From assembly GCF_934630525.1 (NCBI RefSeq), contig NZ_CAKTVX010000008.1:27442-91441 (forward strand): a stretch of 64,000 bases of DNA, written 5' to 3'. This document shows, in pieces, positions 47,948-59,770 of this stretch. The DNA comes from an uncultured Slackia sp. (GTDB lineage: Bacteria; Actinomycetota; Coriobacteriia; Coriobacteriales; Eggerthellaceae). The notes beneath the pieces are model-generated. The model was not told the origin of the DNA, searched no databases, and saw nothing but the letters and a program-made list of their open reading frames with translations. A program made the position numbers and the translations under genes. Within the stretch, counting starts at the first letter, position 1. Each line of letters opens with the position of its first letter.

Positions 47948-50551
47948 CTATTCGTCGTCTTCGGTTTCGTCGAGTTCGTCTTCGACATCGGCCTCGTCTT
48001 CAATATCGACATCAGCTTCGACCTCGTCGGCGTCGACGTCATTCGAATCGGCGGTTTCGACTTCATCGAAATCGTCGTCTTCGTCGCCGTCTTTCTTCTT
48101 ATCCTCGGTCGCGATAGCGCAGGTGCATACCTTGTCGGAATCGGCAACGTTCATCACGCGCACGCCTTGAGCGGAGCGTCCCAACTGGCTAATGCTCTCG
48201 ACGGAAGTGCGAATCACGACGCCTTCCTCCGAGATAATCATGAGCTCATCGCTTTCCTCGACGACCTTCATGGCCGTAAGCTGGCCCTTCTTCGCCGTCA
48301 TGGTAATGGTGAACACGCCCTGGCCGCCGCGGTGGTGCAGCGGATAGTCGGCAACGGGGGTGCGCTTGCCATAGCCCTTCTCGGTAATCACGAACAGCTC
48401 GGTGCCCGGGCGGGCGATTTCCATGCCAAGCACGCGCACGCCGGCGGGAACTGTCATGCCGCGCACGCCCATGGTATCGCGGCCCATCGAGCGAACCTCG
48501 GATTCATCCCAGGTAATCGCTTTGCCGGCGCTCGAAACCATCATCACGCGCTCGCCTTGCTTCACGCGGCGCACGGCGATGAGGTTATCGTCTTCCTTCA
48601 GGTTGATGGCGATAAGGCCATCGCGGCGGCTGCGATCGTACAGGCTCATGGAGGTCTTCTTCACCATGCCCTGCTCGGTGCCGAACATGAGGTATTCGTC
48701 CTCGGGGAAGTCTTTCGTCGCGATAATCGCCGAAATGGTCTCGCCCTTCTCGAGCGGCAACAAGTTCACGATCGCCGTGCCGCGAGCTTGGCGGCTCGCT
48801 TCGGGAATCTCATAAACCTTCAGGCGATAGACCTTGCCGCGCGTCGAGAAGAACAGCATATAGCTATGGGTCGACGCAATGAACAGGTGCTCAACGAAGT
48901 CGTTGTCCTTCAAGCTCACGCCCTGCATGCCCTTGCCGCCGCGTTTTTGCTGGCGATAGGTCGCAACGGGCAAGCGCTTCACGTATCCGGCCTTCGTCAC
49001 CGTGATAACCATGTCTTCCTCGGCGATGAGGTCTTCGACATCGATATCTTTGGCGGCGGCGGAAAGCTGCGTGCGGCGAGGCGTGTTGTATTTCGCCTTG
49101 ATCTCGAGCAGCTCTTCCTTGATGACCTGACGCATGAGGTTCTCGTCGGCGAGAATGCGCTTGAAGTAATTAATCTTCTCTTTGAGTTCCTTCAACTCGG
49201 CCTCGAGCTTGTGGCGCTCCAAACCAGTGAGGCGGCGCAGGCGCATTTCCAAAATGGCCTGCGTTTGCGCGTCGGTAAGGCCGAAGCGCTCGGTCAGGCG
49301 GGCAGACGCCTCTTTGTCGGTCTCGCTGCTGCGAATAATCTGGATAACCTCGTCGATGTTATCCAGAGCGACGAGCAAACCTTCGAGAATATGGGCGCGC
49401 TCTTCAGCCTTGCGCAGTTCGTACTTGGTACGACGCGTGACGACGTCTTCCTGATGGAGAATGTAGTAATGCAGCATTTCCTTCAGAGAAAGCGTACGCG
49501 GCACGCCATCGACCAGGGCCAGCATAATGACGCCCCAACCGACCTGCAGCTGGGTGTGCTTGTAGAGCTTATTGAGAACGACCTGGGGAATCGCATTCTG
49601 CTTGAGCTCGATGATGATGTCGACCGGCGAATTGCGGTCGGCGCCGTCGTGCACATTCGAAATCTCGGGCAGCTTCTTATCGCGAATGAGCTCGCCAAGC
49701 TTCTGCATGAGGTTCGTACGATTCACCTGATAAGGAATCTCGGTAATCACGATGGAGTGCTTGCCGTTCTTGCCCTCGATGATCTCGTGCTTCGAACGAA
49801 TCGTGAGATTGCCGCGGCCGGTCTCGTACGCATCGAGAATGCCCTTTTTGCCCATGATGACGCCGCCGGTTGGGAAGTCGGGGCCAGGCATCACGGTCAT
49901 GAGTTCTTCAGTCATGCAGTCGGGGTTGTCAAGCATCATGCACGTCGCGTCGATGGTTTCGCCCAAGTTGTGGGGCGGAATATTCGTCGCCATGCCAACA
50001 GCGATGCCGTTCGAGCCATTCACCAACAGGTTAGGGAAGCGCGCGGGGAGCACAGAAGGCTCTTGCAGGCTTTCGTCGTAGTTGGGATTCCAGTCGACCG
50101 TTTCCTTTTCGAGGTCGCGCAGCAATTCCATGGCGGGCTTGGCCAAACGAGCCTCGGTGTAACGCATAGCTGCAGCAGAGTCGCCGTCGATGGAGCCGAA
50201 GTTGCCGTGGCCGTCGACCAGGGGCACGCGCATCGAGAAGTCCTGAGCCATGCGAACCATGGTGTCGTATACCGCGGAGTCGCCATGCGGATGGTATTTA
50301 CCAATAACGTCGCCAACCGTACGCGCAGACTTGCTATGCGGGCGGTTGGGCGTGATGCCGCTGTCGTACATTGCATACAGAATGCGGCGGTGAACCGGCT
50401 TCAAGCCGTCGCGCACATCAGGCAGCGCGCGAGCGACGATAACGCTCATCGAGTATTCGAGGAACGACGAGCGCATCTCATGGCCGAGTTCGGCCAATTT
50501 GATGCCCGAAGCCCCCGAATCAGAGCTTGCAATAATATCCTGATCAGCCAC
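47948..50551 (-). CDS. gyrA: DNA gyrase subunit A (with an acidic C-terminal tail)
   Basis: 867 aa with [23 protein letters not shown] and C-terminal beta-pinwheel repeats. Confidence 0.95.
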   Translation of the reverse strand: MADQDIIASSDSGASGIKLAELGHEMRSSFLEYSMSVIVARALPDVRDGLKPVHRRILYAMYDSGITPNRPHSKSARTVGDVIGKYHPHGDSAVYDTMVRMAQDFSMRVPLVDGHGNFGSIDGDSAAAMRYTEARLAKPAMELLRDLEKETVDWNPNYDESLQEPSVLPARFPNLLVNGSNGIAVGMATNIPPHNLGETIDATCMMLDNPDCMTEELMTVMPGPDFPTGGVIMGKKGILDAYETGRGNLTIRSKHEIIEGKNGKHSIVITEIPYQVNRTNLMQKLGELIRDKKLPEISNVHDGADRNSPVDIIIELKQNAIPQVVLNKLYKHTQLQVGWGVIMLALVDGVPRTLSLKEMLHYYILHQEDVVTRRTKYELRKAEERAHILEGLLVALDNIDEVIQIIRSSETDKEASARLTERFGLTDAQTQAILEMRLRRLTGLERHKLEAELKELKEKINYFKRILADENLMRQVIKEELLEIKAKYNTPRRTQLSAAAKDIDVEDLIAEEDMVITVTKAGYVKRLPVATYRQQKRGGKGMQGVSLKDNDFVEHLFIASTHSYMLFFSTRGKVYRLKVYEIPEASRQARGTAIVNLLPLEKGETISAIIATKDFPEDEYLMFGTEQGMVKKTSMSLYDRSRRDGLIAINLKEDDNLIAVRRVKQGERVMMVSSAGKAITWDESEVRSMGRDTMGVRGMTVPAGVRVLGMEIARPGTELFVITEKGYGKRTPVADYPLHHRGGQGVFTITMTAKKGQLTAMKVVEESDELMIISEEGVVIRTSVESISQLGRSAQGVRVMNVADSDKVCTCAIATEDKKKDGDEDDDFDEVETADSNDVDADEVEADVDIEDEADVEDELDETEDDE

Positions 50552-50580
50552 TTTTGTCCTTTCGTAAGAACGGCTTAATC

Positions 50581-52599
<2,019 letters not shown>

Positions 52600-52749
52600 T
52601 CAACCGCCAATTTCACATAGAACAGGACGCCGAGGAGCGCACCAGCTGGATGAGGTGCGTAAAAACTCAAGCAATCCAACTAGCGAATTTTACCATATTC
52701 AGGGTTTTATACCGCGCTTCAGCACGCGATTTAAGATAGTCCACACGGC

Positions 52750-53424
52750 CTACAAGGCCCCATTGTCGCCTTTTTCGACTGCAGCAGCGTTTTTTACCTC
52801 TAAATCGGAAATCATGGCGCGTTTAAGCGCTTCTCGCACCTTTTTATCGGGAATCGCGGACAGCTCCTCGTCAATCTGGGCTATACGCGCCTCAGAAAGC
52901 GCCACACGCCGCGCTTTCTCTTGAGCGGCCGTTTTTTCGGCTTCTTCACGGTAAGGATGAGAGAGTTTGTACTTGCCGCGCGAGACACGGATGCGGAACT
53001 CGTCGATTTCTTCGCCGAACAGCTCAAGGAACTTCAACTTGATCATCTCGCGGCGCGCGTCGACCTCCGCCGCGATAAGGCTATCTTCCACATACACGAT
53101 GAGCTCGCCCGCGGGCGGCTTTCGACGAACGAACGCGCCACCTGCCGAACGGGGCGCGGAGGGCGACGTGCGCGAGGTTTCATTCCGTTCCGATGTTTCA
53201 CGTGAAACATCGGTTTCCTCTTCAGCCTTGCGAATGATGTAAATCGAATTCGTGTGGTCGAGAATTACTGCGGCGGCGGGGCCGGCGCACGCTTCAAGCG
53301 CCGACTTCCACATGCGCTTCACCTTTGCGGCGCGCGCCGCTTTAGCCGCAAGCACGTCCGAAGATGCCTGCCCACGCAAAGTCTTTTGGAGGGCCATGGA
53401 AAACGATTTCATGGAATTGCTCAT
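52750..53424 (-). CDS. DUF721/DciA-like protein in the conserved recF-gyrB position
   Basis: 224 aa from the ATG that overlaps the recF stop (ATGA). The position matches actinobacterial DUF721 (DciA). It contains a parS palindrome in frame (peptide DVSRETS). Confidence 0.6.
   Translation of the reverse strand: MSNSMKSFSMALQKTLRGQASSDVLAAKAARAAKVKRMWKSALEACAGPAAAVILDHTNSIYIIRKAEEETDVSRETSERNETSRTSPSAPRSAGGAFVRRKPPAGELIVYVEDSLIAAEVDARREMIKLKFLELFGEEIDEFRIRVSRGKYKLSHPYREEAEKTAAQEKARRVALSEARIAQIDEELSAIPDKKVREALKRAMISDLEVKNAAAVEKGDNGAL
53194..53209. promoter_or_regulatory. parS site 1 (TGTTTCACGTGAAACA), inside the DUF721/DciA-like CDS
   Basis: Perfect 16-bp palindrome matching the ParB-binding consensus tGTTNCACGTGAAACa. 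Confidence 0.85.
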
Positions 53425-54563
53425 GCGCGAACACCCGCCTTCGACAAATCGAGCACAGACGCGCGATCGACGATATCGTCTTCGAAACACGTCAAATCGG
53501 TAGCGGTCATGAACGTCTGGATATCTTCATGCAACAAATCAACGAGCGCGCCGCGGCGGCGGGCATCGAGTTCGCTCATCACGTCGTCGAGCAGCAGCAC
53601 AGGTTTTACGCCAAGCATCTTCTTCACCAATTCAACCTCGGCGATTTTCCACGCAAGCGCAATTGAGCGCTGTTGGCCCTGCGAAGCAAACGTGCGGGCG
53701 TTGCGCCCGTCGATGAAGAATTCCATATGGTCGGCGTGCGGGCCCACGACCGCACGGTGGCGCGCACGTTCCTCGAGGCGGCGCGAGAACATCGCATTCG
53801 CCGTTGCCTCAAGAACCTCGTCTTTCGACATTTCCACGTCGTATGGGCGGCTCTCGGCCAGCTCCGCCAAATCCTCCGAAAGCCACGAGGGAATGTACGA
53901 ATACGAGAGCTCCTCCGCGCCGTCGGTGATATCGCCATATACGCGAGCCATGCGGCCACACAGATTGCGGAACAGCGCGACGCGATACATATGGAGGCGA
54001 GCGGCTACGGGAATAAGAGCGTCGTTCACGCTGTCGATAAGCACATCGGTCGCTTCATCTTTCAGAAGCGCGTTCTTATTGCGCAGAAGCTTCTCGTAAT
54101 CGCGGCGAATAACGCGATGGTTCTTCGAAAGCTGGCTGCCAAGCAAATCGATTGCAGAACGCTTTGGCGTTTGAGAGCCCTTCGCAAGCTCAAGATCGTC
54201 GGGAGAGAACGCCACGGCGGGCAGAATTCCCTGCAAATCTTGCGCTGCGCGGCGTTTCCCATTGAGCGTGTACGACCTCGATGCCGGCTCAATCACCGTC
54301 GCAACGCTCAAGTCGCGCGAGTCGGATACAAATCGCGCTTCGAGGCGGGCAAATGGCGCACCCCACATAATGAGGTCGCGCCCGCGGGCCGAGCGAAACG
54401 ACCCATGGGCGCACAAAAGCTGGATTCCCTCGACGACGTTGCTTTTGCCCGTGGCATTAGGGCCCACGAAAATCGTGAGTCCGCCAATGTCGCCCAATGC
54501 GAGGCTTCGATAGTTGCGAAAACCTGCCAGGCGCACTTCCTGAATGCGAAGATCATTTGCCAC
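53421..54563 (-). CDS. recF: DNA replication/repair protein RecF
   Basis: GTG start 10 nt after AAGGA, just downstream of the dnaN stop. Walker A GPNATGKSN and the signature/Walker B LLLDDVMSELD are present. This gives 380 aa. Confidence 0.9.
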   Translation of the reverse strand: MANDLRIQEVRLAGFRNYRSLALGDIGGLTIFVGPNATGKSNVVEGIQLLCAHGSFRSARGRDLIMWGAPFARLEARFVSDSRDLSVATVIEPASRSYTLNGKRRAAQDLQGILPAVAFSPDDLELAKGSQTPKRSAIDLLGSQLSKNHRVIRRDYEKLLRNKNALLKDEATDVLIDSVNDALIPVAARLHMYRVALFRNLCGRMARVYGDITDGAEELSYSYIPSWLSEDLAELAESRPYDVEMSKDEVLEATANAMFSRRLEERARHRAVVGPHADHMEFFIDGRNARTFASQGQQRSIALAWKIAEVELVKKMLGVKPVLLLDDVMSELDARRRGALVDLLHEDIQTFMTATDLTCFEDDIVDRASVLDLSKAGVRA

Positions 54564-54576
54564 GGAGAGCACGTCC

Positions 54577-55674
54577 TTAAGATACGCGAACGGGCATAAC
54601 GAGATACAGGAAGTTCTCGCCTGCGCCCGCACGGAAAATGCCGGGCTTCATGGGCGACGTGGTCTCAAAGAACACCTGGTCGGTCGAAACGGACATAAGG
54701 CCGTCGAGCACGTACTGGTGGTTCAGGGCGATTTGGATGCTTTCGCCCGCAACCTCGCAGCCGACGATTTCCTCGGCCGAACCGACGTCCTGCGTGGCCG
54801 CGTTGATGATAGCGTTGCCCGCTTCGGCATTGATATCGATTTTCACAGGCGACGAGAGAGCGCTCACCAAGCCCACGCGCTTAACCGCGGTAATGAGCTC
54901 TTGCGTGGTGAAGCACGTCTTCGTTGCCCACGACTGCGGGATGATCTGACGATAGTTCGGGAAATTGCCCTCGATGCGGCGGTTGATGAGCACCATATTC
55001 TGATAGGTGAACACGATCTGGTTCGCCGTAAGGCCGATGGTGATGTTCTCTTCCATCTTCGGCAGACCGGCAACCTCTTGGAGGAACACGCCAGAAACAA
55101 TCGCCTCAAAATTCTCCTGAACGCCCTCAAGCGCGATATCGGCCACGGCAAGGCGATACGAGTCGGTCGCAACCATGCGCAAGCCTTCTTCGGACGTAGA
55201 AATAAGCACGCCCGTGAGCACTGCGCGGCTTTGGTCCTTCGAAACAACCTTCGCCACACGTTTCACCATAGAGCAGAATTGCGCGAACGGCACCTCGATG
55301 GAACTCGAAACGTCAACGTTGGGGAAAGGAGGAAAGTCTGCCGCGTCGAGCGTTTTGAGCGTGAACGACGATTTGCCGCACGATACCGTGACGGTCGAAT
55401 CGTTCGTTTGGAACTCAACGGCTGCCTCGGGAAGGTTCTTTACAATATCGAGAAGAAGCTTCTCGGGAATAACGGTTGTTCCCTCTTCTTCGACGAGCGC
55501 AGGAACGCTGTAACGAATAGAGCGTTCGAGGTCGGTGGTTTCCATAACCAACCCCATACCCTCTGCTTTAATGTAGACGCCAGAAAGCACAGGGATGGTA
55601 GAGCGCGAAGCTGTGCCCTTGGACACGATGGTCAATGCATTAAGGAGTTCGCTCTTGTTGATGTTGAATCTCAC
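54577..55674 (-). CDS. dnaN: DNA polymerase III beta sliding clamp
   Basis: 365 aa with a GTG start. The three-domain clamp sequence begins MRFNINKSELLNAL. Confidence 0.9.
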   Translation of the reverse strand: MRFNINKSELLNALTIVSKGTASRSTIPVLSGVYIKAEGMGLVMETTDLERSIRYSVPALVEEEGTTVIPEKLLLDIVKNLPEAAVEFQTNDSTVTVSCGKSSFTLKTLDAADFPPFPNVDVSSSIEVPFAQFCSMVKRVAKVVSKDQSRAVLTGVLISTSEEGLRMVATDSYRLAVADIALEGVQENFEAIVSGVFLQEVAGLPKMEENITIGLTANQIVFTYQNMVLINRRIEGNFPNYRQIIPQSWATKTCFTTQELITAVKRVGLVSALSSPVKIDINAEAGNAIINAATQDVGSAEEIVGCEVAGESIQIALNHQYVLDGLMSVSTDQVFFETTSPMKPGIFRAGAGENFLYLVMPVRVS

Positions 55675-55693
55675 TTTTTTGCCCTTCTGCTCT

Positions 55694-55850
55694 TAAGTAA
55701 ATAATTAATGATTGTAGTAGTAATAAGGACGGTGGAAAAGTGGAAAAGGTTGCATCATGCCTGTTCAATCATTGTTTTTGATGACTGAAGAATGTTTGAC
55801 AATCTGCATCTGCTTTCCACTGCTTTTATTGCTTATATTATCTTTCCACC
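55694..55850. other. oriC module in the dnaA-dnaN spacer: AT-rich stretch, DnaA-trio repeats, GC spacer and DnaA boxes
   Basis: The AT-rich stretch taagtaaataattaatgatt lies at 55694-55713. TAG TAG TAA TAA is at 55715-55726, then ggac. Tandem GTGGAAAAG boxes follow at 55732-55740 and 55740-55748. Two more boxes are cTTTCCAC (55813-55820) and cTTTCCACC (55842-55850). Confidence 0.65.
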
Positions 55851-55869
55851 GCTTTCCTCAAGTTTTCGA

Positions 55870-57477
55870 CTAGTTTTCCCGAATGTTTTTAATAATAATC
55901 TCGAGCTCTTCTTGAAGCTCTCGACTCTCTTTGGTCTTCTTCTCGATCTTCTCGACGGAGCTCATGATGGTCGAGTGATCGCGATTGAACCGCTTTCCGA
56001 TGTCGTTGTAAGGAATGTCGATCATCTGGCGGCACAAATAGATCGCTACGTGGCGCGCGTAAGCGATATTGCGCGATCGCTTCGTGCCAATGAGGTCGGC
56101 ATGGCTCACCTGGTAGTACTGCTCGACTTCGTGCTGCACGGCTTCGACGGTGATTTTCTTCAACGCGCCGGCTGAGAAGTGGTTCTCGAGCAGCGATTTT
56201 ACGTCGGAGAGCGTGATGTTGGGGTTTCCGAACGCGGTCATTTGCGAAATGACCTTCGTTACGGCGCTTTTGAGCTCACGCACGTTAGAGCTCGATATTT
56301 CGGCGATATACATTTGTATATCTTCGGGAACATATAAATCCCAGCTGCCCTCGGAGCGCTTGTATTCCTCGATGAACGACTTGATAATGCCGAGTTTCGT
56401 TTCAACCTCAGGCGGTTGAATGTCGTAGGTACCGCCCGAATTGAAGCGGCTCTTGTATCGTTCGTCGATATCGATGCTCTTCGGCGAACGGTCGGCCGAA
56501 AGCACGACTTGCTTGCCGGCGTCGGTGAGGCGGTTGAACAGCTGGAACACGATATTGACCGTGGCTGATTTACCCTGGAAATATTGCACGTCGTCGATGA
56601 GCAGCGCGTCAGCGTCGAGGTAGCGGCTCTGGAACGCCTGGAAGCTCGACTTGTCTTTGCTGTGGTCGATAGCGGCGATGGAATATTCCGTGATGAACTC
56701 CTGCGCGTCGATATACACCACACGCATATCGGGCCGCGTTTCCAGGATGTAGTTCTGGATAGCTCGCAGCAAGTGTGTCTTGCCCAAACCGCTTTTTCCG
56801 TAGATGAACAGGGGATTCAAGGTTGACTTGCCGGGCGATTCCGCTACCGATACGGCCATCGAATAGGCTAAACGGTTCGAGTCGCCGATGATGAAATTCT
56901 CGAAGGTAAGCGCGGCCGCTCCCGTGTCCATACCATTTGCGCGCGCGATTTGGCTGCCCGTGAGGTGGCTCGTTGTCGCGGGCTGCTGCGAGCTTTGCTG
57001 CGTTGCGGCGGCAGGCTGGACCTGCGGCGCGACCTGGGGTTGGGGCTGAATCGACTGTGCGGTTGGTGCTGCGGGTTCGGAATGTGCGGGCGCGATGGGC
57101 GCGGCACCCGTCTGTGCTCCCGCCGCCTGAGGGACTGCCGTCGGTTGCGCGGCTGGCATGTGGGCCGGCGCTTGCTGGGCATTGTGCGTGGCGATTTGCT
57201 GCATGAATGCCGAAGAACCCGGGTCAACCTCGATTTCTACTACATATTCGGTTTCGAACAAATCGCGCAACGCCTGCTCGATTTGCGAAAGAAAACGCTT
57301 TTCAATTTGGCCTTTAATGAAGTCGGTATCGACGGTGGCGAGCAGGAAGCCCACGCTCGACGCCTGCGGCTGCATGCGCCCTAAAAACGCATCGACCTGC
57401 GCTGAGTTCACCGTGCCATACGATTTGACCTTTTCGATAACGGCTTGCCAAGTTTCATAGGGGTTGTTTGGATCCAT
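55870..57477 (-). CDS. dnaA: Chromosomal replication initiator protein DnaA
   Basis: 535 aa with a Gln/Pro/Ala-rich linker, AAA+ Walker A GKSGLGKTHL, and C-terminal DNA-binding helices (RNIAYARHVAIYLCR, DHSTIMSS). Confidence 0.95.
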   Translation of the reverse strand: MDPNNPYETWQAVIEKVKSYGTVNSAQVDAFLGRMQPQASSVGFLLATVDTDFIKGQIEKRFLSQIEQALRDLFETEYVVEIEVDPGSSAFMQQIATHNAQQAPAHMPAAQPTAVPQAAGAQTGAAPIAPAHSEPAAPTAQSIQPQPQVAPQVQPAAATQQSSQQPATTSHLTGSQIARANGMDTGAAALTFENFIIGDSNRLAYSMAVSVAESPGKSTLNPLFIYGKSGLGKTHLLRAIQNYILETRPDMRVVYIDAQEFITEYSIAAIDHSKDKSSFQAFQSRYLDADALLIDDVQYFQGKSATVNIVFQLFNRLTDAGKQVVLSADRSPKSIDIDERYKSRFNSGGTYDIQPPEVETKLGIIKSFIEEYKRSEGSWDLYVPEDIQMYIAEISSSNVRELKSAVTKVISQMTAFGNPNITLSDVKSLLENHFSAGALKKITVEAVQHEVEQYYQVSHADLIGTKRSRNIAYARHVAIYLCRQMIDIPYNDIGKRFNRDHSTIMSSVEKIEKKTKESRELQEELEIIIKNIREN

Positions 57478-57566
57478 ATTTATTCAAGCCGCCTTCCCTC
57501 CGTAGATGGTATCGAAATTATAGCGGCCAATCCTCCAATTGTGGTGTCTTCAGCGGGGTGTGGAAA

Positions 57567-58373
57567 TTAAAACAACGCGTCGATGACGCGCAGGCCCTCG
57601 TCGGTGACCTGTCGCATTTTTCCGACGGTGGAAATGAGGCCTGCTTCCTCGAGCTTTTTGAGCGCGCGATGGGCGCTGCTCGCCGCAAGGCCAAGCTCTT
57701 CGACGATGTCGGTCACGCGCAGCGTTGGCTGGTCCAGGAACAAATAAAGCACGTCTTTCTCGCGGTCGGAAAGTGCGGGCACCATTTGTTTGCGCTGTTC
57801 ACGTGTGGGCGCGCCCTTCGGCGCGTCGAAATCTTCCTCGGGTTTCACGCTGATGGTAACCACGGAGCCGCATTTGATGTTGTCCTCGATCGTGATGCGA
57901 CCGTGCGAGAACGAAAGGTATTCCTTTACCAGGGGCAATCCGCTGCCAACGCCGCGGATGTAGCGCTTCATGTCGCTTGTGGCCGACGAAAAGCCAGGCA
58001 TTTGCGCCTTTTCCTTTTGGGGAATGCCGGGGCCTTGGTCGGTGAAGCGAATCGTGTTGCCCTTATCGAAAATCGAAACCACGATTTCCTTGAATTGGGC
58101 ATGGATGAAGTTCTCGCTGACTTCGCGAATCGCGGTATAGGGAATGCTGCCGCCGGCCTGTTGGGCCTGGGTGTAGATAGTGGAGGCAAGATTCTCGATG
58201 AACTCCGCCGTGGTGGTGGGAGCTATTTCAGTCACGCGTGGCGCGCTTCGGAAGTCGTCATAGCAAGCGATTCGTGCGCTCGCGATAGCGCGAGAGTAAT
58301 CCTCGTTGACTCCAGATGCGGGCTCGGGTGCGTTTTGTGCTGTGTTTAGTGTAGGTTCCAACGCTTTTCCCAA
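57567..58373 (-). CDS. GHKL (HATPase_c-like) ATPase fused to a C-terminal winged helix-turn-helix domain; function unknown
   Basis: 268-codon ORF with a TTG start and a weak RBS, so the start is uncertain. Bergerat-fold motifs are an N-box (EVSENFIHAQ), G1 (DQGPGIP) and G2 (GVGSGLPLV). The C-terminal HTH is LRVTDIVEELGLAASSAHRALKKLEEAGLIS. There is no His-phosphotransfer domain and no TM segment. Confidence 0.7.
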   Translation of the reverse strand: MGKALEPTLNTAQNAPEPASGVNEDYSRAIASARIACYDDFRSAPRVTEIAPTTTAEFIENLASTIYTQAQQAGGSIPYTAIREVSENFIHAQFKEIVVSIFDKGNTIRFTDQGPGIPQKEKAQMPGFSSATSDMKRYIRGVGSGLPLVKEYLSFSHGRITIEDNIKCGSVVTISVKPEEDFDAPKGAPTREQRKQMVPALSDREKDVLYLFLDQPTLRVTDIVEELGLAASSAHRALKKLEEAGLISTVGKMRQVTDEGLRVIDALF

Positions 58374-58384
58374 GTTATTCCAGG

Positions 58385-59014
58385 TTTTCCGCTAATTTTC
58401 ACTCGCTTGGAAAATTGTAAAAACTTTTTCACGAATGAGTTCCACCATTCTAGAGGTGGAAAGTCATGTTTTTCAAGACTCTTTCCACTCATGGTGGAAA
58501 TTTCCATAGCCAACAACCTCATGTTTTCCGAGTTTTCCACTTTTTATTCAAGGAATGTGGAAAACGGTGGAAATGATTGGAAACCAATGCGGAAAACCTT
58601 GAAAAACAGCTTGACTTACTGGAAAACAAGGGGGAGAGAATGGAAAAACGCGACGTTTTGTACGCTTTCCTGAAAAGTCCAGAGCAAGTTTCGAATTTAT
58701 GCTGGAAAAATTGGCTGAAACATTGAAAAGCCCAGGTCATAGTAGCTTTTTGAGATTTCTGCAAAGCGGTTTCCTCGGTGCTGGAAAACATTTTTCCAAA
58801 GTGTGTTTCACGGTTTTCCGCGTAGTTTTCCACCGGAAAAACCGCGTAATGCCTGGGTTTTCCTCATTTTCCACATTTTTAGACAGTGAATAAGCTTAGT
58901 TTTCCACAATAGGGTGCATTTAACCCTCGATTACGCGGTGGAAAGAGCCGGAATCGCGCTTCGGTGGTTTTCCGCGGTTGGAAAACTCCTTGCTTTCCGT
59001 TCGTTTTTTCCACT
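58385..59014. other. oriC DnaA-box array (dense cluster of TTTTCCACA-type motifs)
   Basis: Perfect TTTTCCACA occurs at 58556-58564 (minus), 58867-58875 and 58900-58908. TTTTCCAC[C/T] occurs at 58533-58541, 58826-58834 and 59006-59014. I counted about 12 TTCCAC cores and more than 25 TTTCC[A/G]-type motifs by eye in about 640 bp. GC is low, and the long ORFs called here are low-complexity artefacts. Confidence 0.8.
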
Positions 59015-59145
59015 CGTGAAGAATTCGTCGTGAATTGAAACCTATATATAGTGTTGAAAACACAAGCGAGCCTACTAGTAGCGGTTTTTCGCGTGAAAGC
59101 GCCGATTTCTTTCGAAAATGCTTTATGAACTGCGTGAAAAGGGGG

Positions 59146-59173
59146 TTTACATCCGATTTCGCTACGTTATACT
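59146..59173 (+). promoter_or_regulatory. Putative rpmH promoter
   Basis: -35 TTTACA, 16-nt spacer, -10 TATACT, about 55 nt upstream of the rpmH ATG. Confidence 0.45.
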
Positions 59174-59227
59174 TGTACGGCTATTCATTGAGAAACACAT
59201 GCTGCAATAACGTGAAAGGGAGTCGAA

Positions 59228-59362
59228 ATGAAGCGCACCTATCAGCCGAATAACCGCAAGCGCGCCAAGACCCACGGTTTCCGCGCACGCATGGCGACCA
59301 AGGGCGGCCGTGCCGTTCTCGCTCGTCGTCGCGCCAAGGGCCGCAAGCGTCTGACCGTGTAA
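59228..59362 (+). CDS. rpmH: 50S ribosomal protein L34
   Basis: 44 aa: [44 protein letters not shown]. It is below the ORF-track length cutoff. The RBS is GAAAGGGAG. Confidence 0.95.
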   Translation: MKRTYQPNNRKRAKTHGFRARMATKGGRAVLARRRAKGRKRLTV

Positions 59363-59379
59363 AAACCTCGGAGGTCGGC

Positions 59380-59733
59380 GTGAAATCGACAATTAGGTCG
59401 AGCGCCGACGTTTCGCGGCTTTTTTCGCAGGGAAAACGCTTCAGCACGCCGTTCGCAACGGTGCTTGTGCTGAAGAGAACTGAGCAACACGACCATGATT
59501 TGCATGGTCGTGTTGCTTTTATAGCGGGAAAAAAGCTCGGCAACGCCGTTTGGCGCAATGCCGCGAAACGCCGGCTCCGTGCAATCGTGTGCGATCTTGG
59601 GGGCCCGTGGGAGGGTTGGGACGTCGTAATTTCGGCACGCTCCACCATTCTGAAGGCTTCTTATAGTAAAGTGAGCCACGCATGCGAAAAGGCCCTTGAA
59701 AAGGCCGGTTTAATCAATCCTGCTTCGCGATAA
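59380..59733 (+). CDS. rnpA: Ribonuclease P protein component
   Basis: 117 aa with a GTG start after GGAGG. The basic RNR-like region ([17 protein letters not shown]) and the position after rpmH support the call. Confidence 0.85.
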   Translation: MKSTIRSSADVSRLFSQGKRFSTPFATVLVLKRTEQHDHDLHGRVAFIAGKKLGNAVWRNAAKRRLRAIVCDLGGPWEGWDVVISARSTILKASYSKVSHACEKALEKAGLINPASR

Positions 59734-59770
59734 TGCTCCGGGCGGGAGTTTGTGGAAGAAGGCATATTCG

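Noticed and set aside
58346-58893. Several 60-104 aa ORFs on both strands in the rpmH-proximal non-coding region.
   Set aside because: They are generated by the repeated TTTTCCAC/GGAAAAC motifs. They have odd composition (Phe/Ser/Lys/Glu-rich) and no RBS. The region is better explained as the oriC DnaA-box array.
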